Of a DNA stretch of 50,149 bases, positions 25,341 through 32,963 are shown piece by piece. A program made the translations under genes and the position numbers. Under the pieces are notes generated by a model that worked only from the letters and a program-made list of their open reading frames with translations, made no database searches and was not told the DNA's origin. Numbering within the stretch: the stretch's first letter is position 1; every line of letters begins with the position of its first letter. Source of the DNA: Chloroflexota bacterium (GTDB lineage Bacteria > Chloroflexota > Dehalococcoidia > Dehalococcoidales > JAFGLR01); NCBI GenBank assembly GCA_016210585.1, contig JACQTX010000187.1:1-50149 (forward strand), given 5' to 3'.

Positions 25341-26312
25341 ATGGGACTAGCCGATAAAGTTCTGGAAGGTAACGTTCAAGCGGCCGCCCGACTCATCACC
25401 GGTATTGAAGACGAGCTCCCCGGTGCCATTCAAGAGCTGGATATCCTCTATCCCCATACCGGCCGGGCACATATTGTCGGTATCACAGGCGCCCCGGGCA
25501 TAGGTAAGAGCACCCTCGTTGACTGCCTCATCGGTGTTTTCCGCAAGCGGGACATGACGGTGGGCGTTATCGCCGTTGACCCCACCAGCCCCTTCACCGG
25601 CGGTGCCATCCTGGGGGATAGAATCCGCATGCAGCACTACGGCACGGACAAGGACGTGTTCATCCGTAGCCTGGCCACACGCGGCTGGTCCGGCGGGCTG
25701 GCCAAGGCGGCCATCAGCACCGTCCACGTCATGGACGCCATGGGCAAGGACGTCATCCTGATTGAGACGGTAGGGACCGGACAGGGCGAGGTCGAGATTG
25801 CCCGCGTGGCCGATACCTGCCTCGTCGTCCTATCACCGGGCACGGGGGATGAAATTCAGGTTATCAAGGCCGGCATCATGGAGATAGCCGACATATTTGT
25901 CATCAACAAAGCCGATAAGCCCGGCGCCGAGAACATCGCCATGGAAATCGAGATGATGCTGGGCATGAAGACCTGCCCACACCCGTCTGAGGCGGATTGG
26001 AAACCAGGCGTTGTGCTAACGGAAGCTATCAGCGGCCGGGGCGCGGAAGAGCTGGTGGAGCAGATATCCAAACACAGGGAGTTCCTGGTGTGCGGCGGCG
26101 GCCTGGAAAGACGCCGTGAAGAGAGGGCCAAGCAGGAGCTGATGGGAGCTATCGAGAGCTTCGTGAGGAGTTACTTCCACCAGGAGATAGAGCGGGGCGG
26201 CGAGATGGAGAAGCTCATTGCCGATTTCGTCCGGAGAAAGGAGAGTCCCCATTCGGCAGCCATGAAAATCATCCGCCAGTTCACCAGCCAATTCAGACCG
26301 GTTACGAGCTAG
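25341..26312 (+). CDS. meaB: MeaB/ArgK-type G3E-family GTPase (methylmalonyl-CoA mutase-associated metallochaperone)
   Basis: P-loop GITGAPGIGKSTL, then VIAVDPTSPFTGGAILGDRIRM, ETVGTGQ and VINKAD motifs in the canonical MeaB order. Confidence 0.85.
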   Translation: MGLADKVLEGNVQAAARLITGIEDELPGAIQELDILYPHTGRAHIVGITGAPGIGKSTLVDCLIGVFRKRDMTVGVIAVDPTSPFTGGAILGDRIRMQHYGTDKDVFIRSLATRGWSGGLAKAAISTVHVMDAMGKDVILIETVGTGQGEVEIARVADTCLVVLSPGTGDEIQVIKAGIMEIADIFVINKADKPGAENIAMEIEMMLGMKTCPHPSEADWKPGVVLTEAISGRGAEELVEQISKHREFLVCGGGLERRREERAKQELMGAIESFVRSYFHQEIERGGEMEKLIADFVRRKESPHSAAMKIIRQFTSQFRPVTS

Positions 26313-26348
26313 GAAACTGTCCAAAAACTTATTTTCTAAGTCGGTTTC

Positions 26349-26427
26349 TGTCATTCCCGTGAAAACGAGAATCCAGAATCGAAGCTGATACTGAAGACCT
26401 GGATTCCCGATCAAGCCGGGAATGACA
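26349..26427. repeat. Nested palindromic repeat, copy 1 (outer TGTCATTCCCG / CGGGAATGACA; inner GAATCCAG / CTGGATTC)
   Basis: Inverted repeats read directly at 26349-26359 / 26417-26427 and about 26369-26376 / 26399-26406. Intergenic between meaB and the first acyl-CoA dehydrogenase gene. Confidence 0.8.
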
Positions 26428-26484
26428 TCCTCTTATTAACTAGACGAAACCTCTCGGCAAGCCAAATCTTTTGAGGAGGCGAGA

Positions 26485-27630
26485 ATGGACTTTGCACTGA
26501 CCGAAGAGCAAAAGATGCTCAAAGCCATGGTGTGTGACTTTGCCCTCAAGGAGCTGGAGCCGATTGCCGCCGAGATTGATGAAGAGGCCCGGTTCCCGGC
26601 AGAAACGGTGAAGAAAATGGGTGAGCTCGGCCTGATGGGTGCCAGCTTCCCGGAGAAGTATGGCGGGGGTGGCGGCGGCAAAATAGAGGGGGCAATTGTC
26701 GGCGAGGAAATCGCCCGTGTCTGTGCCTCTACGGCGGCTATTCATCTGGCTTGCACCTCGCTGGCCACCTATCCCATCTATGAGTTTGGCAACGAAGAGC
26801 AGCGGCAGCGCTTCGTAACCCCTGTGGCCAGAGGGGAAAAGCTGGCCTGCTTCGCCCTCACCGAGGCCGGGGCCGGCAGTGACCCAGCGGCCATGGAGAC
26901 CACGGCCACAAGGCAGGACGGCGGCTATTTCCTCAATGGCACCAAGATTTTCATCACTAACGGCAATGAGGCCGAGATAATACTGGTCTTCGCCACCATT
27001 GATAAGAAGCTGCGGCATAAAGGCATCACTGCCTTTATCGTGGAGAAGGGCACGCCCGGCTTTGCCGTGGGGAAGCTGGAGCATAAGCTGGGGATACGGG
27101 CCAGCTCCACCGCGGAGCTGGTCTTCGATAACTGCTTTGTGCCGGAGGCTAACCGGCTGGGCAAGGAGGGAGATGGCTTCCGCATCGCCCTTGAGGCCAT
27201 AGACAACAGCCGCATCAGTGTGGCGGCGCAGGCGGTGGGCATCGCCCAGGGGGCCTTTGACAGGGCCCTGGCCTACGCCAAGGAGCGCCAGCAGTTCGGC
27301 CAGCCCATCATTAACTTCCAGGCTATCCAGTGGCTGCTGGCCGATATGGCCACGCAGATTGAAGCCGCCCGCCTGCTGACCTACCGGGCTGCCTACCTGA
27401 AAGACAAGGGCCTACCTTACATGAAAGAGGTCTCTATGGCCAAGGTCTTCGCTGCGGAGGCCGCCGGGTTCGTGACCACCAAGGCCATCCAGATTTACGG
27501 CGGCTACGGCTACGTGAAGGACTACCCCGTAGAGCGCTACTTCCGCGATGCTAAAATCACCGAGATCTACGAGGGCACCTCGGAGATGCAACGTATGACC
27601 ATCGCGCGGTGTCTCATGAGGGAGGGGTAA
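26485..27630 (+). CDS. Acyl-CoA dehydrogenase (short/medium-chain, butyryl-CoA dehydrogenase-like), paralog 1
   Basis: 381 aa. LTEAGAGSD, the FITNG-type segment and the C-terminal YEGTSEMQ catalytic-Glu motif are present. Strong SD GAGGAGG. Confidence 0.9.
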   Translation: MDFALTEEQKMLKAMVCDFALKELEPIAAEIDEEARFPAETVKKMGELGLMGASFPEKYGGGGGGKIEGAIVGEEIARVCASTAAIHLACTSLATYPIYEFGNEEQRQRFVTPVARGEKLACFALTEAGAGSDPAAMETTATRQDGGYFLNGTKIFITNGNEAEIILVFATIDKKLRHKGITAFIVEKGTPGFAVGKLEHKLGIRASSTAELVFDNCFVPEANRLGKEGDGFRIALEAIDNSRISVAAQAVGIAQGAFDRALAYAKERQQFGQPIINFQAIQWLLADMATQIEAARLLTYRAAYLKDKGLPYMKEVSMAKVFAAEAAGFVTTKAIQIYGGYGYVKDYPVERYFRDAKITEIYEGTSEMQRMTIARCLMREG

Positions 27631-27645
27631 AGCGAACGCATCAAT

Positions 27646-27754
27646 TGTCATGGCGAGCGCATCCGCCCTGAGAGCTTGTCGAAGGGCGGAGCCGAAGCAA
27701 TCTCGCACCCATATCGGATGGGATTGCTTCGTCGCTATGTTCCTCGCAATGACA
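27646..27754. repeat. Nested palindromic repeat, copy 2 (outer stem plus two internal hairpins)
   Basis: Outer TGTCATGGCGAG (27646-27657) / CTCGCAATGACA (27743-27754). Hairpin TCCGCCCT (27662-27669) / AGGGCGGA (27683-27690). Hairpin CGAAGCAATC (27693-27702) / GATTGCTTCG (27722-27731). Confidence 0.8.
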
Positions 27755-27830
27755 GCCCGATTCGCTCGAAGCCAAAATTTGGGGTTGCTTGGTGCTGTCT
27801 TGTTGCAGTCAAATATACTCGGTGACCATC

Positions 27831-28976
27831 ATGGACTTCTCCCTCACTGAAGCGCAGAAGATGCTCCGGGGCATGGTGTGTGACTTTGCCCTCAAGGAGC
27901 TGGGGCCGGTCGCGGCGCGGCTGGATGAGGAAGCCAGGTACCCCGCCGAGGCGATGAAGAAGATGGGTGAGCTGGGGCTGATGGGGCTAGGGTTTCCCGA
28001 GGCGTACGGCGGGACGGGCGGCGGCACGATTGAGCAGGACATCGTCATCGAGGAGGTCTCCCGTGTTTGCGCCGCCGCCGGTGTCATCTATCTGGTCAGT
28101 TGCCAGGTCTCCGGGGGGATTATCAATGCCCTGGGCACCCCTGAGCAAAAGCAGCGCTTCCTCACGCCTATCGCCCGGGGTGAGTGGATAGGCGCCTTCA
28201 GCCTCACCGAGGCCGGTGCCGGCAGCGACGCCACGTCCCTGCAGACGGCGGCTACCCGGCGAAACGGCGGCTACGTCATCAACGGCACCAAGATGTTCAG
28301 CACCAACGGCGCCGAGGCCGGTGTGGTTGTGGTCTTTGCCACTATTGACCGGAAGCTGCGCCACCGCGGCATTATCCCGCTGGTTGTGGAGAAGGGCACC
28401 CCCGGTCTCTCGGTGGACAGGGTGGAGCGCAAAATGGGCATGCGTGCCAGCTCCACGGCTGAGCTGCACTTTGAGGACTGCTTCGTGCCGGAGGCCAACC
28501 GGCTGGGCGAAGAAGGGCAAGGCATCAGGCCGGCCCTGGAGGCACTGGATGCCAGCCGCACCGGCGTGGCGGCCCAGGCTGTGGGCATCGCCCAGGGGGC
28601 CTTCGATAAAGCCCTGGTTTACGCCAAGGAGCGCCGGCAGTTCGGCCAGCCTATCATCAACTTCCAGGCTCTCCAGTGGCTATTGGCGGACATGGCAACA
28701 CACATTGAGGCTGCCCGGCTGCTGACCTACCGCGCTGCCTGGCTGCACGATAGAGGATTGCCCTTTGTCAAAGAGGCCTCCATGGCCAAGGTCTATGCCG
28801 CGGAGACAGCCGGCTTCGTCACCACCAGGGCCGTTCAGATACATGGCGGCTACGGCTATACCAAGGACTACCCGGTGGAGCGCTACTTCCGTGACGCCAA
28901 GGTCACGGAAATCTATGAAGGCACCTCCGAGATGCAGCGCCTGACCATCGCTAAGTGTCTTATGCGCGAGGGATAA
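27831..28976 (+). CDS. Acyl-CoA dehydrogenase, paralog 2
   Basis: 381 aa, collinear without gaps with paralog 1 (MDFSLTEAQKML vs MDFALTEEQKML; about 70% identity by eye). The start was trimmed from 27789 to ATG 27831 by homology. Confidence 0.9.
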   Translation: MDFSLTEAQKMLRGMVCDFALKELGPVAARLDEEARYPAEAMKKMGELGLMGLGFPEAYGGTGGGTIEQDIVIEEVSRVCAAAGVIYLVSCQVSGGIINALGTPEQKQRFLTPIARGEWIGAFSLTEAGAGSDATSLQTAATRRNGGYVINGTKMFSTNGAEAGVVVVFATIDRKLRHRGIIPLVVEKGTPGLSVDRVERKMGMRASSTAELHFEDCFVPEANRLGEEGQGIRPALEALDASRTGVAAQAVGIAQGAFDKALVYAKERRQFGQPIINFQALQWLLADMATHIEAARLLTYRAAWLHDRGLPFVKEASMAKVYAAETAGFVTTRAVQIHGGYGYTKDYPVERYFRDAKVTEIYEGTSEMQRLTIAKCLMREG

Positions 28977-29028
28977 TGAGAACGCGTTATTCTTTCACTT
29001 CGCCACTGTGGTACCGGGATGTCGCAGG

Positions 29029-30927
29029 TTACCCGGCCCTTGCTGCCACCCGCTCCGGCAAGCATTTCGCCACCCAGGCAATGTCAAGCTCCTGAAGCTT
29101 GCCCAGGGTGGGAACCCCGTTCTCATCCCAGCCGGCCATGCCGTAGTAGGCGGCGATAGCCTCATCGAGCTTTGTCCGGTCAACGCTGACACCCCGCAAC
29201 GGTTCATTGGGTAAAGGCGTGAAGAAGCGGCGCGGCAGGTAATCGTCTTCCCTGGTTTTACCCTCCCGCAGGTTGAAGACACGCCCCATGTTGGTGCACC
29301 GCTCGGCTACCTTCATCAGCTCGAAGACGCTGGTGTCCCAGCCGGTGATGGCCTCCACCAGCTCCGCCGTCTTGCTGGGGCTGAGCGGCACAAAGATGCA
29401 ATAGACCAGGCAGTTCAGCAGATGCCGCCACAGGCTGGCATAGAGCGTCATCCTCACCTTGGCCGGGCTTAGCTCCTGAGCCGGCAGCGGCTCAAAGACG
29501 CCCAGACTGGCAAGCTCGCCGACAATCCGCCGGGTATAGGAGTCATCGTGAATATTGTTGCAGTGCTCGGCGCCCGTCGGCGCGATGGCGTAGCCCACGC
29601 CCATGCCCTGCTTGTAGCGTGGCTCGTGCATGGGCAACTCCTGGCCCTTGATGTGATTGGCAAAGTCCTCCGCGCCCTTGCCGAAGGTCCTGGCTGACCG
29701 GGCGACACCCTCGGCCAGGATGCCGCCGAGGCCCTGTCTGCGGGCGATCATCTCTACCATCTGCACCATCGCCCCGGCGTTGCCAAAATTCAGCTCCAGG
29801 CCGCCGGTATCTTCCGGGGTAAGGATACCCCGCTCAAAGCACTCCATGGCAAAGGCAATCGTGTTGCCGGTGGAGATGGTATCCAGCCCATTCATGGTGC
29901 AAAGCTCGTTCGCCTTGGCAATGGCCTCCAGGTTATCAATGCCGCAGCTCGAGCCTAAGGCGGCAATTGTCTCATACTCCGGCCCGCCGTTAATGGGGTC
30001 AACGTGGTAAGGCTCACCCACCGCCACCTCCGGCTTGCACCGTATGGCGCAGCCGTAGCAGCTACGGTGCCCCACCAGGATGGTGTCCTTCATGGTCTCC
30101 CCGGCGATTTTGGCGGCGCCCTCGAAGTTACTGGACTGGAAGTTGCGCGTGGGCAGGCCGCCGGCCATACTGAAGGCGACAAGTCGCCCCGGCGTGCCAA
30201 ACTCGCTCATAATCTGGTAAAACCGGCTGGTCTTGACGTAGTCCCGTAGCTGCTTGGCCAGAGAGGTGACCGCCGCCGGGTCAGCCATGGTTATCTTGCG
30301 ATGGCCCCTGACAGCGATGGCTTTCAGGTTCTTGGCACCCATCACCGCCCCCATCCCTGTCCGCCCGGCCGCGTGGGACAGCTCGTTGACAATACAGGCG
30401 TAGCGCACCAGCTTCTCGCCGGCGGGGCCAATCTGGGCAACGCGCACCAGGCTATCACCCAGCTCGTCCCAGATGAGCTTCTGGCTCTCCGTAGTCGTTT
30501 TGCCCCACAGGTAGCCGGCATCCCTGATCTCCACTTTGTCATCGTTAATCCAGATGTAGACCGGGCTGTCCGCTTTGCCCTCTATAATTATGGCGTCATA
30601 ACCCGCCTGTTTCAGCTCCGTCCCCCAGTAGCCGCCCACCTCGGCCTCACCGTAGCCGCCGGTAAGGGGTGACCTGGCGCCGACGCTGTTCCGCCCACCG
30701 CCGCTGATGGGCGCCCCGGTAGCCGGGCCAACGGCGAAGACCAGCTTATTATCCGGGCCCAGCGGCTCCTCACCACCGCTCAGCTCCTTAAGCAAGAAGT
30801 AGCCGATAAACCCGCTGCCACCCAGGTAGCGCCGGTAGAAGTCCTCTTTCGGCTCTTCGACTGATACGGCTTTTCGGGTCAAATCAACCCGTAATATTTT
30901 CCCGTTATATCCTCTGATGTTTGCCAT
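29029..30927 (-). CDS. aor: Aldehyde:ferredoxin oxidoreductase family (tungsto/molybdopterin) enzyme
   Basis: 632 aa. The N-terminus GKILRVDLT....VEE......YLGGSGF and the overall length are typical of the AOR family. Confidence 0.85.
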   Translation of the reverse strand: MANIRGYNGKILRVDLTRKAVSVEEPKEDFYRRYLGGSGFIGYFLLKELSGGEEPLGPDNKLVFAVGPATGAPISGGGRNSVGARSPLTGGYGEAEVGGYWGTELKQAGYDAIIIEGKADSPVYIWINDDKVEIRDAGYLWGKTTTESQKLIWDELGDSLVRVAQIGPAGEKLVRYACIVNELSHAAGRTGMGAVMGAKNLKAIAVRGHRKITMADPAAVTSLAKQLRDYVKTSRFYQIMSEFGTPGRLVAFSMAGGLPTRNFQSSNFEGAAKIAGETMKDTILVGHRSCYGCAIRCKPEVAVGEPYHVDPINGGPEYETIAALGSSCGIDNLEAIAKANELCTMNGLDTISTGNTIAFAMECFERGILTPEDTGGLELNFGNAGAMVQMVEMIARRQGLGGILAEGVARSARTFGKGAEDFANHIKGQELPMHEPRYKQGMGVGYAIAPTGAEHCNNIHDDSYTRRIVGELASLGVFEPLPAQELSPAKVRMTLYASLWRHLLNCLVYCIFVPLSPSKTAELVEAITGWDTSVFELMKVAERCTNMGRVFNLREGKTREDDYLPRRFFTPLPNEPLRGVSVDRTKLDEAIAAYYGMAGWDENGVPTLGKLQELDIAWVAKCLPERVAARAG

Positions 30928-31069
30928 GATAACCCTCTCTCCCTAACCCGGACAAACCGGAAATCCGAAGCACTGAATCCGAGAGCCCTTCGGCTTCGCT
31001 CAGAGCTTGCCCTGAGCAAAGCGAATGGGGCAGGCCTAAACAAGTTCAGATTACCAAAGCTCCAATTCT

Positions 31070-31083
31070 CAAAAACGTTTTTG
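31070..31083. promoter_or_regulatory. Perfect 14-bp palindrome CAAAAACGTTTTTG upstream of aor (candidate operator)
   Basis: Self-complementary as read. Lies about 145 nt upstream of the aor start, inside a repeat-rich 231-nt intergenic region. Confidence 0.25.
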
Positions 31084-31158
31084 TCATTTGATATTATGAC
31101 TTTAGTATTGTTTCGGATTTCGATATTGGGACTTAGGATTTTTCCCATTTTGGGAGGT

Positions 31159-31746
31159 CTAGCGCCGGGCCTCCCGCACAATTTTGTCTATTATTGGGGT
31201 GATGTCCCGCGAGGTATCCACCCGGTAGTGTTTGCGCCCTATTCTTTCCGCTGTAGGTCTCATCTTCTCATAGACCTGCCAGTCCGCCTCTGATTTGGTG
31301 GCCCGGTCCAGTCCCATCTCCCGTGCCAGCAACCTTTCCCGCACCACGGCAGGCGGTGCTATCACCCGGACCAGAATCAGCTTCACATCGAGCCGGCCAG
31401 CGATATTATACAGGTGCTCCCGGTGCTTCTCCGAGAGATTGGTCGCATCTAAAATAACAGATATACCCTTCTTCAGCAATATCTCGATGAGAAAGTGCAA
31501 TGCTCGGAAAAGGCGGGCGCTCTCCGCCAGGCTGTAGGTGGGGGCCGGGAAAAGCGCCCTGCGCAGAGCATCGCTTTCCAGAATGAGCAGCGGCAGTCTT
31601 CCGGCCAACTGGTTGCTGAAATAGCTTTTGCCGGTGCCTGGCAGCCCGCTGACTACGATAAACACCGGCCTGGCCACCGGCTCGGGAAGCTCAGCCAGGC
31701 TCCCCAGCAAGCGCTCTACGTCAGATAGGAGCTGGCTCTCTTCCAC
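31159..31746 (-). CDS. P-loop kinase (AAA_33 / zeta-toxin-like fold family), function unknown
   Basis: Walker A VVSGLPGTGKSY and Walker-B-like VILDATN. 195 aa with a GTG start. Confidence 0.6.
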   Translation of the reverse strand: MEESQLLSDVERLLGSLAELPEPVARPVFIVVSGLPGTGKSYFSNQLAGRLPLLILESDALRRALFPAPTYSLAESARLFRALHFLIEILLKKGISVILDATNLSEKHREHLYNIAGRLDVKLILVRVIAPPAVVRERLLAREMGLDRATKSEADWQVYEKMRPTAERIGRKHYRVDTSRDITPIIDKIVREARR

Positions 31747-31794
31747 AATCTAATTATAGGGTGTTTGGCCCCGATTTGCCAAACTCCAGGTTGC

Positions 31795-32760
31795 CTACCA
31801 TTCTGCCGCCTCCTTTTTTGGAGGACTCTCGGCGACAGACGTTGCCTTTGCCTCCCTTCTGGAGACCACAATAGACAACAGCACGGAGCCGAGTATCAGG
31901 ACCGCTACCACCCCCAGGGAAATGGGGGTCGGTATCTCATAGAGGTCAACAAGCAGCATCTTGATGCCGATGAAGCCGAGGATAATGGCCAGGCCATGCA
32001 CGAGATAGCGGAACATGTGGAAGAGGCCGGCGATAGCGAAGAAAAGGGCCCGTAAGCCCAGGATGGCGAATATATTAGAAGTGTAAACGATGAGCGGGTC
32101 CAGGGTGACACCGAACACCGCCGGGACGGAGTCCACCGCAAACATTATGTCCATGCTTTCGATAGTGAGCAGGACAATGAAAAGGGGTGTGGCGCAGAGC
32201 AGCCCGCTTATCCTCACGAAGAGCCTGCTACCGTGATACGTAGTCTCGCAGCGGATGAACTTGCGCGCCAGCCGCACTACCGGGTTCTTCTCCGGGTGGA
32301 CTTCCTTCTCCTTCTGCGTTATCAGCTTTACGGCAGTGTAGATGAGGATAGCACCCAGCAGGTAGAGAAGGAAATGGAACCTCTCCACCAGGGCAATGCC
32401 GGCGAAAATGAAAATGCCCCGGAAGAATACGGCGCCGAGAATGCCCCACAGCAGCACCTTCCTCTGCGATTCGCGTGGCACGGCGAAATAGCTGAACATG
32501 GCCAGGAAGACGAAAAGGTTGTCTATGCTCAGGGAATACTCAATGAGATAGGCGGTCAAGAACTCAAGCGCTTTGTCCTGCCCTTCCGCGAAATAGACCA
32601 GCACGTTGAAAAGGACGGCCAGGGAAACCCAGAAGGCGACCAGTTTCAGGGCTTCTTTCACAGGGATGACATGCGCCTTACGTTGGAAGACAAATAGATC
32701 AAGGACAAGTGCCGCCACGAAAACGACACCGAAGATAATCCACAGAGAGCTTTGGTTCAT
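31795..32760 (-). CDS. TerC-family integral membrane protein
   Basis: The YLIEYSLSIDNLFVF and MFAVDSVPAVF signature pair is typical of TerC/Alx. About 9 TM helices. Confidence 0.8.
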   Translation of the reverse strand: MNQSSLWIIFGVVFVAALVLDLFVFQRKAHVIPVKEALKLVAFWVSLAVLFNVLVYFAEGQDKALEFLTAYLIEYSLSIDNLFVFLAMFSYFAVPRESQRKVLLWGILGAVFFRGIFIFAGIALVERFHFLLYLLGAILIYTAVKLITQKEKEVHPEKNPVVRLARKFIRCETTYHGSRLFVRISGLLCATPLFIVLLTIESMDIMFAVDSVPAVFGVTLDPLIVYTSNIFAILGLRALFFAIAGLFHMFRYLVHGLAIILGFIGIKMLLVDLYEIPTPISLGVVAVLILGSVLLSIVVSRREAKATSVAESPPKKEAAEW

Positions 32761-32900
32761 TGCGGCGAGGGTATCCCCTCCTTGGTCATGATACAGTATG
32801 ACATGATAGGCAGAGCCAGGCTTTTCTTCCGTCTCCTATATAGTAGCATATTTTGATGGACGCGCGGCAGGCGATTATTAGACTATTCAGCAAGCCGGGC

Positions 32901-32947
32901 TGTCATTGCGAGGAGCCTGCCTGCGGGGCGTTGGTGTCGCAATGACA
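32901..32947. repeat. Palindromic repeat, copy 3 (TGTCATTGCGA-N25-TCGCAATGACA)
   Basis: 11-bp inverted repeat at 32901-32911 / 32937-32947. It starts 17 nt downstream of the methyltransferase stop. Preceded by CAAGCCGGG, which also flanks copy 1. Confidence 0.8.
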
Positions 32948-32963
32948 AATGTATGAACGCGCC

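Noticed and set aside
28977-29028. Intrinsic terminator between the convergent acyl-CoA dehydrogenase and aor genes
   Set aside because: Only a short ACGCGT palindrome is present, with no stable stem plus U-run on either strand.
32761-32900. yybP-ykoY (Mn) riboswitch expected upstream of a TerC-family gene
   Set aside because: I read the minus-strand leader (…tataggagacggaagaaaagcctggctctgcctatcatgtcatactgtatcatgaccaaggagggg…). I could not identify the conserved GGGGAGUAG and UUGACA-type loop sequences in the right arrangement. This needs Infernal to settle.
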